Shown here piece after piece: positions 31,180 to 40,823 of a stretch of DNA of 64,000 nucleotides. This stretch comes from a virus, in IMG/VR virus record IMGVR_UViG_3300032215_000643, positions 14,923 to 78,922 of that record; one strand, given 5' to 3'. Position numbers and translations under genes: made by a program. The notes beneath the pieces were generated by a model. That model had not been told where the DNA came from and made no database searches. It was given only the letters and a program-made list of their open reading frames with translations. Each line of letters opens with the position of its first letter. The stretch's first letter is position 1.

Positions 31180-31817
31180 TACATTGCATAGGAGATAGTC
31201 ATTCCGCATTTTTTAGTGGTGTGGAAGATATGCAACCACAGTGGCCCAGTATTGCATCGAATGCTTTGCCTTGGTTTAAGAGTTACAGAATTGGCCCTGC
31301 GACAGCATATAATTTAGACAGTAAGCGGGATCTGATAGAGTCTATTTACTTTTCTGGTCTAGTTGCAGAGAACGATTCTGTAATGTTTTGTTTTGGTGAA
31401 GTTGATTGTCGCGCACATATAATAAAGCAGGCTGCCTTGCAGGGCCGGGGGTTCCATTCGGTTGTAGAAGAATGTGTTAACCGTTACATACGTTCTATTG
31501 AATATTACGAGAACTATGGTAGAAAAATTTTGGTTTGGGGTCCAATCGCTTCTTGGAATGATAGTAAACCTTACACTGGTCCATCTTATGGGACAAATTT
31601 AGAAAGAAATCAAGTTTCAAAAATGTTTAATGAAATTCTAAGTAAAGAATGTGAACAACGCGGTTACACGTTTGTTTCTATCTTTGAGAAAATGTTGAAT
31701 GAAGATTCGACAACTAATACTTTATATCTAGACAATTGGGAAGGTTCTCATATGCATCTTTCTCAAACAGCCATGCCGATGACGTTGGAAGTTTTTACAG
31801 AAAAGGGAATTATATGA
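31176..31817 (+). CDS. SGNH/GDSL hydrolase (possible O-acetyl esterase/transferase)
   Basis: IGDSH, GEVDCR, C-terminal H. Confidence 0.7.
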   Translation: MIHCIGDSHSAFFSGVEDMQPQWPSIASNALPWFKSYRIGPATAYNLDSKRDLIESIYFSGLVAENDSVMFCFGEVDCRAHIIKQAALQGRGFHSVVEECVNRYIRSIEYYENYGRKILVWGPIASWNDSKPYTGPSYGTNLERNQVSKMFNEILSKECEQRGYTFVSIFEKMLNEDSTTNTLYLDNWEGSHMHLSQTAMPMTLEVFTEKGII

Positions 31818-32578
31818 ATTGGGATATAGAAAAACAATATGCTACAAATTATTTAACGTCATGTCTGATTGCAGCCTTAGATGATCAAACTTTTAATAAT
31901 TTTAAAAAAGATCCATACTATCAGGGAATTTTAGAACATATATCTTATCAAGAGTCTTTATGGTATTTGGATAATCTATTAGATGAAAATTTGATGTTGA
32001 ATAATCTGGCAAAATTAAGAGAAAATGATAATTTTTGTAATGCAGAAATTTTGGATTATGAAAATATTGGAAAATTTTCTCCTTCTACTATAAGATATAT
32101 AAAACAGTCTGTAGACATTGCTGTATTTTTTAAGGATAAGAATATTCGCAAAGTTTTTGAAATTGGTGGGGGGTACGGCGGTTTGTGTAAGACGTTGAAT
32201 GTGTTTATAGATTTTGATGCTTATGTAATCGCAGATTTTGATAATTGTAATAAATTGTCTTCTAGGTATTTGAACTTGTTTAAAGAATTTGATAATAAAA
32301 TTTTTTATCAAGATTGCGAGAATCTTAAAGAAGAAAATGATATTGATTTATTGATTAGTAATTATGCTGTTTCGGAACTTGACTGGGATGGTCAATTGGA
32401 ATATTATGAAAAAATTATTAAAAATTCAACAAATTTTTATATAACATATAATTTTATTAATAATTCAAGTAGCCCTTATGAAAAATTTATTGAATTATGC
32501 AGCAAAGATTTTGATGTTGAAATTAAAGATGACAACCTTTTTTCAAACAGGGTCTTATTTGGCGTTAAGCGGGGATAA
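31814..32578 (+). CDS. Putative sugar O-methyltransferase
   Basis: PSTIRY, EIGGGYGG, SNYAVSEL. Confidence 0.75.
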   Translation: MNWDIEKQYATNYLTSCLIAALDDQTFNNFKKDPYYQGILEHISYQESLWYLDNLLDENLMLNNLAKLRENDNFCNAEILDYENIGKFSPSTIRYIKQSVDIAVFFKDKNIRKVFEIGGGYGGLCKTLNVFIDFDAYVIADFDNCNKLSSRYLNLFKEFDNKIFYQDCENLKEENDIDLLISNYAVSELDWDGQLEYYEKIIKNSTNFYITYNFINNSSSPYEKFIELCSKDFDVEIKDDNLFSNRVLFGVKRG

Positions 32579-32583
32579 TCAGT

Positions 32584-33516
32584 ATGAATATTGATAGTTT
32601 AATTTATGTTGCTGGTCATAGAGGTTTAGTTGGCTCAGCCCTTGTTCGTCGTTTGAAAGAGCAGGGGTATACAAATATTATTACTATGACTAGAAACGAG
32701 TTAGACTTGACTGATTCTGTTGCGACAGCAGAATTTTTTGCTAGTCATCGTCCCGAATATGTTTTTGACGCGGCAGCAAAAGTTGGGGGCATTTATGCCA
32801 ACGATAATTATTCTGCAGAATTTATAAATGAAAATCTTTCTATTCAAACAAACTTAATTCATAATTCATGGAAGTATAGTGTCAAGAAATTTCTTTTTAT
32901 GGGTTCTGTCTGTATTTATCCAAAATATGCTGAGTGCCCAGTTAAAGAAGATTCTCTTCTTACTGGAAAGTTGGAACCTACCAATGAGGCTTATGCAATT
33001 GCAAAAATAGCAGGAATTAAGATGTGTGAAGCCTATAATAAACAATATGGTTTTCAATGTTTATCTGTAATGCCATCCAATCTTTATGGACCTAACGACA
33101 AGTTTGATCCAGCCAACGGTCATGTTATTCCAGCAATGATAGTGAAGTTTCTATCAAGTACCGATCAGGTCACTTTTTGGGGTGACGGAAGCCCATATAG
33201 AGAATTTTTACATTCCGATGATATGGCAGACGCTTGCATTGTTTTGATGAACAGTTTAGAAACTGGTAATGCTGAGTTAATTAATATTGGTTCAGGAGAC
33301 AATATTTCTATAAAAGATTTAGCAGAAAAAATATCTAAAGTTATTGGATACTCTGGTGAAATTAATTGGGATACGGTTAGACCCAATGGGACACCGATGA
33401 GGCCACTTGATTTTTCTAAAATAAAGAAACTAGGCTGGGAGCCAAAAGTTTCTTTAGATGAGGGGTTGAAGGAAACGGTGACTTGGTATAGAATGAACGA
33501 GGATGGTGTCAGGTGA
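32584..33516 (+). CDS. fcl: GDP-L-fucose synthase
   Basis: AGHRGLVGSA, AAKVGGI.AN, LEPTNEAYAIAKIAG, NLYGPND, REFLH. Confidence 0.96.
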   Translation: MNIDSLIYVAGHRGLVGSALVRRLKEQGYTNIITMTRNELDLTDSVATAEFFASHRPEYVFDAAAKVGGIYANDNYSAEFINENLSIQTNLIHNSWKYSVKKFLFMGSVCIYPKYAECPVKEDSLLTGKLEPTNEAYAIAKIAGIKMCEAYNKQYGFQCLSVMPSNLYGPNDKFDPANGHVIPAMIVKFLSSTDQVTFWGDGSPYREFLHSDDMADACIVLMNSLETGNAELINIGSGDNISIKDLAEKISKVIGYSGEINWDTVRPNGTPMRPLDFSKIKKLGWEPKVSLDEGLKETVTWYRMNEDGVR

Positions 33517-34262
33517 TTAGTTTTAATAGTTTGGGTAGTCTTGGTCGTCTAGGAAATCAAATGTTTCAGTACGCCTCCTTAAAGGGCATTGCTAGGAATA
33601 GAGGGTTTGAGTTTTCTATTCCTTGGAGTCCATTCTTAGATCCTTGGCGTGACCATCAACTTTCTAATGTTTTTAAATTACAAGATAATTTAATTTTAAA
33701 TTCTCCAGAACAACCTTATACTGCTGAAGAAAAGTTTTTTGGTTTTGATTATGATTTGTTTAACTATGTTGAAGATAATTCGGATCTTGTTGGCTATTTT
33801 CAAACAGAAAGATATTTTTCTCATATAAAGGATGAGATTTTAGAAGATTTTTCTTTTAAAGAAAAGTTTGATGATGTGGTTTCAGATTATTTTACAGTTA
33901 TTCATGTGAGAAGGACAGACTATCTGGCTTTTAGCAATCATCATCCCACTTGCTCTTTAGATTATTACAAGGAAGCGATGGACATTACTGGTGGACCTTT
34001 TCTTGTAGTCTCAGATGATATTGAATGGTGTCAAAAAAATATTACTGCTGATGAGTATTCTAAATCTTCCAATGTTAAAGATTTATATTTGATGAGTAAA
34101 GCAAAAAATAATATAATTGCTAATAGTTCTTTCAGTTGGTGGGGGGCATGGCTTAATCAAAACCCTAATAAAAAAGTTATTGCTCCAAATAAATGGTTTG
34201 GTCCTGCTTATGATCATTATAATTTGGAAGATCTTATCCCAAAGGAATGGATTAAACTGTAA
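33513..34262 (+). CDS. GT11 alpha-1,2-fucosyltransferase
   Basis: GRLGNQMFQYA, GYFQ, HVRRTDY, SDD, NSSFSWWGAWL. Confidence 0.92.
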   Translation: MISFNSLGSLGRLGNQMFQYASLKGIARNRGFEFSIPWSPFLDPWRDHQLSNVFKLQDNLILNSPEQPYTAEEKFFGFDYDLFNYVEDNSDLVGYFQTERYFSHIKDEILEDFSFKEKFDDVVSDYFTVIHVRRTDYLAFSNHHPTCSLDYYKEAMDITGGPFLVVSDDIEWCQKNITADEYSKSSNVKDLYLMSKAKNNIIANSSFSWWGAWLNQNPNKKVIAPNKWFGPAYDHYNLEDLIPKEWIKL

Positions 34263-34873
34263 TGATAAATAGTATTGTTGAGAAAGCATATTGTATTTCT
34301 TTAGAAAGAAGGCCCGACCGATGGGTCGCAGCAGAAGAACAGTTTAAAAATAATGGTATGGTTGTTGAAAAATTTTTAGCAACAGATGGGGCTTTGCTAG
34401 AGCCAAACCCAGCCTTACACAGCGGGGAAGCAGGATGCTTAGACTCGCATAGAAGAGTCTTAAAGGACGCAATAGATAATGATTTAGAGTGCATCGCAGT
34501 GTTTGAAGATGATGTGTATTTTGTTGAAAACTTTGCTTCGCGGTTTGATGAATATTTTCGTGAAGTTCCCTCAGATTGGCAATTCTTATACTTAAGTTTT
34601 AATCGTCATTCTGGTCAGACTATGAGGGTTACAGATAGGGTTGTTAGAATTTCTAATGCTTATTCAGCACATGCATTGTTTTTAAAACGAGATGCGATAA
34701 ACTATTCTTATAACTTAATGTTAAATGATTCATTGCCTTCAGATGTGTACTTTGGAATGGCTCAGTATGCGTATCCAGCATATGGGCCTTCTAGAATGCT
34801 TGCAGGTCAAAGAACTGGTTTTTCAGATATTGTTCAGCAAGATGTTAATTACGATTGGATTTATGGATTATGA
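34262..34873 (+). CDS. GT25 glycosyltransferase
   Basis: ISLERRPDR, GEAGCLDSH, VFEDD. Confidence 0.88.
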   Translation: MINSIVEKAYCISLERRPDRWVAAEEQFKNNGMVVEKFLATDGALLEPNPALHSGEAGCLDSHRRVLKDAIDNDLECIAVFEDDVYFVENFASRFDEYFREVPSDWQFLYLSFNRHSGQTMRVTDRVVRISNAYSAHALFLKRDAINYSYNLMLNDSLPSDVYFGMAQYAYPAYGPSRMLAGQRTGFSDIVQQDVNYDWIYGL

Positions 34874-35433
34874 TTTCTACAGATACTTTAAGAAATATTT
34901 TTAACGATAGTGGTAGTGATAAGTCTAGTTCTCATAATTATGAGGTTGCTTATTCTCAAATTTTGCCGGAAAAAATTGATTCAATGTTAGAAGTTGGAAT
35001 TTCTAATGGTCATGACGGTAAAAGTTCTTTGTGGGCTTGGAGTGTGCTTTATCCAGATGCAAAAATTTATGGCGCGGATAATGATATTGTTAAACTTATA
35101 AATGATAATAATATTGAAAGTTATAGGTTAGATCAATCTGACGTTCTTCAGTTGTTTGAATTTTCTAAGTTATTTGAAAAAAAATTAGATGTTATTGTTG
35201 ATGACGGAAGTCACGTTTTTAAACATGCTTTTCTAACTTATCAATTTCTTTTTCATCTTACAGATCTATATATTATTGAAGATATTGCAAAGAATTATAA
35301 TGGGTGGCAGCAGACAGTTGCTGATTGGAAAAATGAATTAGATGGTCAAGAAAATATTCTGTATGGAGTAATTGACACTCTCCCTGAAGAAAAAATGGAT
35401 GACAGTGTTGTTATTTGGATAAAAAGGAAATAA
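34870..35433 (+). CDS. SAM-dependent (sugar O-) methyltransferase
   Basis: GSDK...HNY, MLEVGI, DQS, IVDDGSH, YIIED. Confidence 0.8.
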   Translation: MISTDTLRNIFNDSGSDKSSSHNYEVAYSQILPEKIDSMLEVGISNGHDGKSSLWAWSVLYPDAKIYGADNDIVKLINDNNIESYRLDQSDVLQLFEFSKLFEKKLDVIVDDGSHVFKHAFLTYQFLFHLTDLYIIEDIAKNYNGWQQTVADWKNELDGQENILYGVIDTLPEEKMDDSVVIWIKRK

Positions 35434-35437
35434 TTTA

Positions 35438-36196
35438 ATGTTTTTTAATTCAATAGAAAATTTGATTAAGGTCAATGTTCCAGAATTTCCTGTTGTCATT
35501 CCGACATTTAATAATCCAACATATTTAAAGAAAACTGTTGATTATTTTTCCGAAAGGGGCTTTGAAATCATTGTATTAGATAATGCTTCAACTTACCCTC
35601 CAATGCTAGAGTTGTTGTTTAATTTATCTGAAGAGGATAATATTTTTGTCGTTGCTTTGCCAAGCAATTATGGTCCAAGATATTTTTATGAAAATAAAAA
35701 TTTTTATTCATGGCTTCCTAATCATTTTTTTGCAACAGATCCAGATTTAGAATTTAACAAAAATTTGAAAAAAGAAAATTGGCTTGAGTTAATTGAAGTT
35801 AGCAGAACACTTGGAGTATATAAAGTGGCGGCTGCCCTTACCTTGGATATTGAAGATAGTGAACATGAACTTGATGTTTTGATTTCTAGTATGAATACTA
35901 CTGTTAGAAAAATAGAAAGTGGATATTATGAAAATATTTGCATGGTCACAGATCAGGGTGACACAGTTTACATAGCCCCAACAGATACCACCATGTCTCT
36001 CTATAATAAAGAATTTGAAGGACATTTCATGCTTTCTTGTGTTAGAGTTTCAGGGAAATTTGACACATTGCATTACGGTTGGTTGACTAATCCACCCATC
36101 CCAAAAGAGGAAAAAGATTATTATACAGAAGCCTGTAGAGATAATTTTTATTCATCAGGGGAAGTTGTTAAAAGAGGTCAAGGACCAACTTACTAA
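35438..36196 (+). CDS. GT2-like glycosyltransferase
   Basis: VIPTFN, LDNASTY, TDPD. Confidence 0.7.
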   Translation: MFFNSIENLIKVNVPEFPVVIPTFNNPTYLKKTVDYFSERGFEIIVLDNASTYPPMLELLFNLSEEDNIFVVALPSNYGPRYFYENKNFYSWLPNHFFATDPDLEFNKNLKKENWLELIEVSRTLGVYKVAAALTLDIEDSEHELDVLISSMNTTVRKIESGYYENICMVTDQGDTVYIAPTDTTMSLYNKEFEGHFMLSCVRVSGKFDTLHYGWLTNPPIPKEEKDYYTEACRDNFYSSGEVVKRGQGPTY

Positions 36197-36780
36197 TGCC
36201 TAAATTTTCAGTAATAGCCGTAGATTATGAAAAACATGTTCCTCGCCAAGGAATGATTGATGGATTAAAATCTCTTGCAGAGCAAACCTTTCAAGATTTT
36301 GAACTCATCATTTGTCATGATGGTCCAAAGGAAGTTCCCTATGAAGAAGAAGTAGGCTTTAAAGAATTAGGGATTTCCCCTATAATTATAAATACACCAC
36401 ATCATGTTGGTGACTGGGGTCATTCAAGCCGTGATTTTTCTATGAGGCAGGCTACTGGTGAATACTTTATTCAATTTAATATAGATAATAAATTTTACCC
36501 CACCGCTTTTGAAAAAATAAATGATTGTATTGAAGAAACTTCTTCAAGAGTGGTTATTTTTACAATCCAACACTTCAAAGAGGGTGGTAGATTTATTAAG
36601 GGTGTCCCTCCAACACACGCTCAAATTGATTGTATGCAATTAGTTGCACATAGAAGTGTGTGGGAAGAAATTGGTTATTGGTATAACAAAAATAATGAAT
36701 CTGATGGTTATATTTACACAAATATTGGACAAGAATATCCGTATGTCCATATTGATGAATGTTTAGGGGAAAATTATTAA
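36196..36780 (+). CDS. GT2-like glycosyltransferase, paralog 1 of 3
   Basis: KFSVIA, QTFQDFELII.HDG, FNIDN. Confidence 0.8.
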   Translation: MPKFSVIAVDYEKHVPRQGMIDGLKSLAEQTFQDFELIICHDGPKEVPYEEEVGFKELGISPIIINTPHHVGDWGHSSRDFSMRQATGEYFIQFNIDNKFYPTAFEKINDCIEETSSRVVIFTIQHFKEGGRFIKGVPPTHAQIDCMQLVAHRSVWEEIGYWYNKNNESDGYIYTNIGQEYPYVHIDECLGENY

Positions 36781-37367
36781 TGAAGTTTTCTGTTATTGCA
36801 GTTGACTATGAAAAGCATGTTCCAAGAGAGCGCATGGTTAAAGGTTTGCAATCTTTAGCGAATCAATCATTTCAAGATTTTGAGTTGATTGTAATCCATG
36901 ATGGTCCTAAAGAAATTCCTTATGAGGAAGAGTTTGATTTTTCTGTTTTCCCAAACGAGGTAAAGTTTTTAAATACAGAAACAAGAATGGATAATTGGGG
37001 CCATTCAAGTAGAGATTTAGGTATGAGAAATGCTTCTGGTGAATTCTTTTTCCATTTTAATATTGATAATCTTCTTTATCCAGATTGTTTTGAAAAAATA
37101 AATAATAAGTTAGAGGAAACAACCGCATTGGTTTTATTATTTGCTATTCTTCACTACAAGATTAATAATGGGACTTTTCCTTTTTACGGTCTTCCTCCTG
37201 TTTATCATAACATTGACGCTATTCAATTGGTTGCTCACAGAGAAATTTGGAGCAGTGTTGGATATTGGTATGATTTGCATGAACAGGGTGATAGTGCAAT
37301 CTATGAGAAAATGTGTAAAGATTATGGTTGGGCCTATATAGATGAAGTTTTAGCGGAGAATTATTAA
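36780..37367 (+). CDS. GT2-like glycosyltransferase, paralog 2 of 3
   Basis: Same motifs; start ATG 36780 overlaps the previous stop. Confidence 0.8.
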   Translation: MKFSVIAVDYEKHVPRERMVKGLQSLANQSFQDFELIVIHDGPKEIPYEEEFDFSVFPNEVKFLNTETRMDNWGHSSRDLGMRNASGEFFFHFNIDNLLYPDCFEKINNKLEETTALVLLFAILHYKINNGTFPFYGLPPVYHNIDAIQLVAHREIWSSVGYWYDLHEQGDSAIYEKMCKDYGWAYIDEVLAENY

Positions 37368-37949
37368 ATGAAAGTTTCTATTATTGCAGTTGACTATGAG
37401 CATCACGTTCCAAGGGACGGTGCTTACAGGGGTTTGCTTTCAATTTCTGAGCAAACTTCTAAAGATTTTGAACTTATAATAGTTCATGATGGACCCAAGG
37501 AAATTCCTTATGAGGAAGAGTTTGATTTTAAAGAATTAAATTTAAATCCAGTAATAACCAATACTTCTCACAGGATGAATGATTGGGGGCATTCTTCTAG
37601 GGATTGGGGGATGCGTATGGCAAACGGTGATTATTTCCTGCAATTCAATATTGATAATGTTCTTTACCCAGATGCCATAGAAGAAATTTGTAAAAAGATT
37701 GATGGATCTGGTACGCCAATAATTATTTTTAGTATTATCCATCACAAAGATAATGATAAGGTCTATACAGGAATACCCCCAGACCTGTACAATATAGATT
37801 GTATGCAACTTGTCGGTCACAGGGATATGTGGCAAGAATTGAACTATTGGTACGATAAACGAGATAGTTCTGACGGTTGGATCTATGAAGTTATTACTAG
37901 AAAATATAATTATTCAAATATTGAAAAATGTTTAGGCGAAAACTACTAG
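37368..37949 (+). CDS. GT2-like glycosyltransferase, paralog 3 of 3
   Basis: Same motifs; ends LGENY. Confidence 0.8.
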   Translation: MKVSIIAVDYEHHVPRDGAYRGLLSISEQTSKDFELIIVHDGPKEIPYEEEFDFKELNLNPVITNTSHRMNDWGHSSRDWGMRMANGDYFLQFNIDNVLYPDAIEEICKKIDGSGTPIIIFSIIHHKDNDKVYTGIPPDLYNIDCMQLVGHRDMWQELNYWYDKRDSSDGWIYEVITRKYNYSNIEKCLGENY

Positions 37950-37956
37950 GAGAATT

Positions 37957-38970
37957 GTGAAAAGGGTTTTACTAACCGGAGCGTCTGGTTTTGTGGGAAG
38001 CCATGTACTGCGTCATATTATTTTAAATACAGATTGGTTTGTGGTTTGTCCAACAACCTTTACTCACAAGGGGTTACAGGATAGAATCAGGGTTGCTTTG
38101 GATGACCTTCCAGATGCGTACAAGCGGGTAAAAATTATTCGTTGTGACTTTACCTCTCCAATTTCTCCCATTACTGCCAGAGAGTTTGGTAACGTGGATC
38201 TTGTTATTAATGTGGCAAGTGAAAGTCATGTTGATAGAAGTATCGAAGAGCCTGCCCAGTTTGTTATTAATAATGTGTCATTGATTTGTCACGTTCTTGA
38301 TTGGGCTAGGAATTCAAATATTGAAAAGTTTATTCAAGTTTCTACTGATGAAGTTTATGGTCCTGCTCCTGATGGGTATGCTCATATTGAATGGGAAGAT
38401 CAGCATCTACCTAGTAATCCTTATTCTGCTTCAAAGGCTGCTCAGGAAGATATTGCTTTCTCCTATTGGAGAACTTATGGAGTCCCGTTAATTATTACTA
38501 ATACTATGAATATTATTGGTGAGACTCAAGACCCAGAGAAATATATTCCAATGACTATTAAAAATGTTATTGATGGAGAAAAAGTTTTAATTCATGGTTC
38601 TCCTGATGATGGTAGGATTGGTAGTCGTTTTTATTTACATGCGCGTAATCAGGCTGATGGATTACTTTATGTCTCTAACTTGCCAGCACCTGCATATGGG
38701 GAATCTAATATGCCAGCAAGGTATCATATTGCGGGTGAGCGTGAAGTTGATAATTTAGAGATTGCAAAATTAATTGCAGAATATGTTGGTAAACCTCTTA
38801 ATTATGAAATTGTTGATTTTCATTCTTCAAGGCCCGGTCATGATCTAAGATATGCTCTTAATCAAAATAGGATTGAAAATGCGGGATGGAAGATGCCTCT
38901 TCCGTTTGAAGAATCTTTAGAAAGAACTGTTAAGTGGACATTAAATCATCCCGAATGGCTCATGATCTGA
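37957..38970 (+). CDS. rmlB: dTDP-glucose 4,6-dehydratase-like protein
   Basis: GASGFVG, SESHVDRSI, STDEVYG, YSASKA, RPGHDLRY. Confidence 0.85.
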   Translation: MKRVLLTGASGFVGSHVLRHIILNTDWFVVCPTTFTHKGLQDRIRVALDDLPDAYKRVKIIRCDFTSPISPITAREFGNVDLVINVASESHVDRSIEEPAQFVINNVSLICHVLDWARNSNIEKFIQVSTDEVYGPAPDGYAHIEWEDQHLPSNPYSASKAAQEDIAFSYWRTYGVPLIITNTMNIIGETQDPEKYIPMTIKNVIDGEKVLIHGSPDDGRIGSRFYLHARNQADGLLYVSNLPAPAYGESNMPARYHIAGEREVDNLEIAKLIAEYVGKPLNYEIVDFHSSRPGHDLRYALNQNRIENAGWKMPLPFEESLERTVKWTLNHPEWLMI

Positions 38971-38995
38971 GTTAATACCTGAGATTGGAATAATA

Positions 38996-40036
38996 ATGAA
39001 ACTGTATCGACAAGAAAACCAACTGTGCTTCGATGACATTTTGTTGGTCCCGAATCCATCTGCTGTAGAAAGTAGAAAAAACGTAGATTTGTCTATGTCA
39101 ATTGGATATGGGAATAGAAAGATTGATTTGTATTTGCCTGTTATTTCTTCTCCTATGGATACGGTTACCGAATCTGAAATGGCTGTTGAGGTTGCTAAGT
39201 TTGGTGGTCTTGGAATTATTCATAGGTATTCTAAGATTGAAGATCAGGCGGCTCAGGTTTTTGAAGTTTCTAAAAAAGGTTATGCTGTTGGTGCATCTGT
39301 TCCAACGTCAGTTAGAGATTCAGTGCTTCCTCAAGTAAAGTCATTGGTTTATGTCGGTGCTAAAGTAATTTTAGTTGATACTGCAAATGGTCATAACTTT
39401 GCTGCGATTAAGGCTGTTTCAGAAATTAGAAAAGAGTTTCCAGATATTCATATTATGGCTGGAAATGTTTCTACTTGGGACGGGTTCCTTCATCTTTCTC
39501 AGGCTGGAGCAGATTCAGTTCGCGTAGGTATCGGCGGTGGTTCATGTTGCAGTACACGAATTATGACTGGTCATGGCATTCCGACATTGGCTTCTATTAT
39601 GGAAATTTATGAATATCAAGAACGTCTAGATCTTCCTACGTCTATTATTGCAGATGGAGGAATTAGAAATTCTGGAGATATGGTAAAGTCATTTGCGGCA
39701 GGCGCTGATGCAGTCATGGTTGGATCTATGCTTTCTGGTCACACAGAGTCACCGGGTAATGTTTTTAGGGAAGATGGAAAAGATTACAAGCGAATTCGTG
39801 GCATGGCAAGTTCTCATGCTCAAAAGGATTGGCGTGGTTCTGTAAGTGGTGAAGAGGGCATTTCAACTAAGGTCTTGTTTAAGGGTCCAGCAGAGAACAC
39901 TCTTAATTCTATTAGAAACGGTATTTCAAGTGGTTGTTCTTATGCAGGTGTAGAGAGATTAGAAGAGTTAAGTATTACATCTCAGTATGTAAAAGTTTCA
40001 CCTTTATCTGTAAAGGAGAGTTTGCCTCATGTATGA
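38996..40036 (+). CDS. guaB: IMP dehydrogenase/GMP reductase family protein (no CBS domain)
   Basis: FDDILLVP, SSPMDTV, AGNV, GIGGGSCCSTR, IADGGIR, RGMAS. Confidence 0.85.
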   Translation: MKLYRQENQLCFDDILLVPNPSAVESRKNVDLSMSIGYGNRKIDLYLPVISSPMDTVTESEMAVEVAKFGGLGIIHRYSKIEDQAAQVFEVSKKGYAVGASVPTSVRDSVLPQVKSLVYVGAKVILVDTANGHNFAAIKAVSEIRKEFPDIHIMAGNVSTWDGFLHLSQAGADSVRVGIGGGSCCSTRIMTGHGIPTLASIMEIYEYQERLDLPTSIIADGGIRNSGDMVKSFAAGADAVMVGSMLSGHTESPGNVFREDGKDYKRIRGMASSHAQKDWRGSVSGEEGISTKVLFKGPAENTLNSIRNGISSGCSYAGVERLEELSITSQYVKVSPLSVKESLPHV

Positions 40037-40370
40037 GTCAGAGCCAATTCAAGGCTTAAAAGGATATGATTCAATTGATTATGCATATGATAAGTATGCT
40101 CCCAAAAATAATGTAGAAAAAGAAATAGTTACTCTCTGTAACGAGATGGCTGAATTTCTAATTAAAAAGAATCGTGCTTATGGAAATTCTGCTCTAGAGC
40201 CTGTGCGAGTTTTTTCTAAAGCAGGCAATCAAGAACAGTTGCTTGTTCGAATTGATGACAAATTAAGTAGATTTTTTAAGGGGACAGAGTTCCCCGGTGA
40301 TAATGACATTGATGACTTAATTGGCTATCTGGTATTATTAAAGATAGCAATGCGAGATAGTTGGAGATAA
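40029..40370 (+). CDS. DUF1599/nucleotide-modification-associated domain protein
   Basis: KKNRAYGNS...VRIDDKLSR...DDLIGY. Confidence 0.75.
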   Translation: MYESEPIQGLKGYDSIDYAYDKYAPKNNVEKEIVTLCNEMAEFLIKKNRAYGNSALEPVRVFSKAGNQEQLLVRIDDKLSRFFKGTEFPGDNDIDDLIGYLVLLKIAMRDSWR

Positions 40371-40371
40371 T

Positions 40372-40539
40372 ATGCCGATGTACACATATACCTGTATGCC
40401 TTGTGATAAGGAAATGGTTCTTATGCAAAAAATGGAACAACGCGATTCGGCTCGTTGTCCAGAGTGTGGTTATAGTTTAATTCGTGGAATTGATAGGCCG
40501 GGAAGTGTTTGGGCACCTACGGCTGGTGGATTCCGGTGA
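40372..40539 (+). CDS. FmdB-family zinc-ribbon protein (absent from ORF track)
   Basis: MPMYTYTCMPC...CPECG; RBS GGAG. Confidence 0.8.
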   Translation: MPMYTYTCMPCDKEMVLMQKMEQRDSARCPECGYSLIRGIDRPGSVWAPTAGGFR

Positions 40540-40823
40540 AAAAGAAACAACAAATTTCGGCTCGTATCCCTTACAACAATCCAGATATAACAGTTTATAC
40601 AGAATTAGAATTTGGTAAAGACGTTATTAAGCCGGGGGATAAGATTAAAATTAAGAATGCTCGCGGATATTTTGTTTTTCATAAGTGGGCACATAATTCT
40701 CGTCTTGATGTGACATGGATTGATTGTATGAATCCAAACACTGGTGAGTTCAGGTCTTTTTATATGGATAACCTTAAGGGTGTTCATCGTGCTAAAAAGA
40801 GTATAAGGAAGAAACTTGTCTAA
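40536..40823 (+). CDS. Hypothetical protein (SH3-like)
   Basis: GTG start overlapping the previous stop. Confidence 0.55.
   Translation: MKKKQQISARIPYNNPDITVYTELEFGKDVIKPGDKIKIKNARGYFVFHKWAHNSRLDVTWIDCMNPNTGEFRSFYMDNLKGVHRAKKSIRKKLV

Noticed and set aside
24549-38970. Glycan cluster as host O-antigen/capsule DNA or a prophage boundary
   Set aside because: No wzx/wzy/ABC exporter, integrase or att site; the genes are co-oriented and tightly spaced with phage genes on both sides
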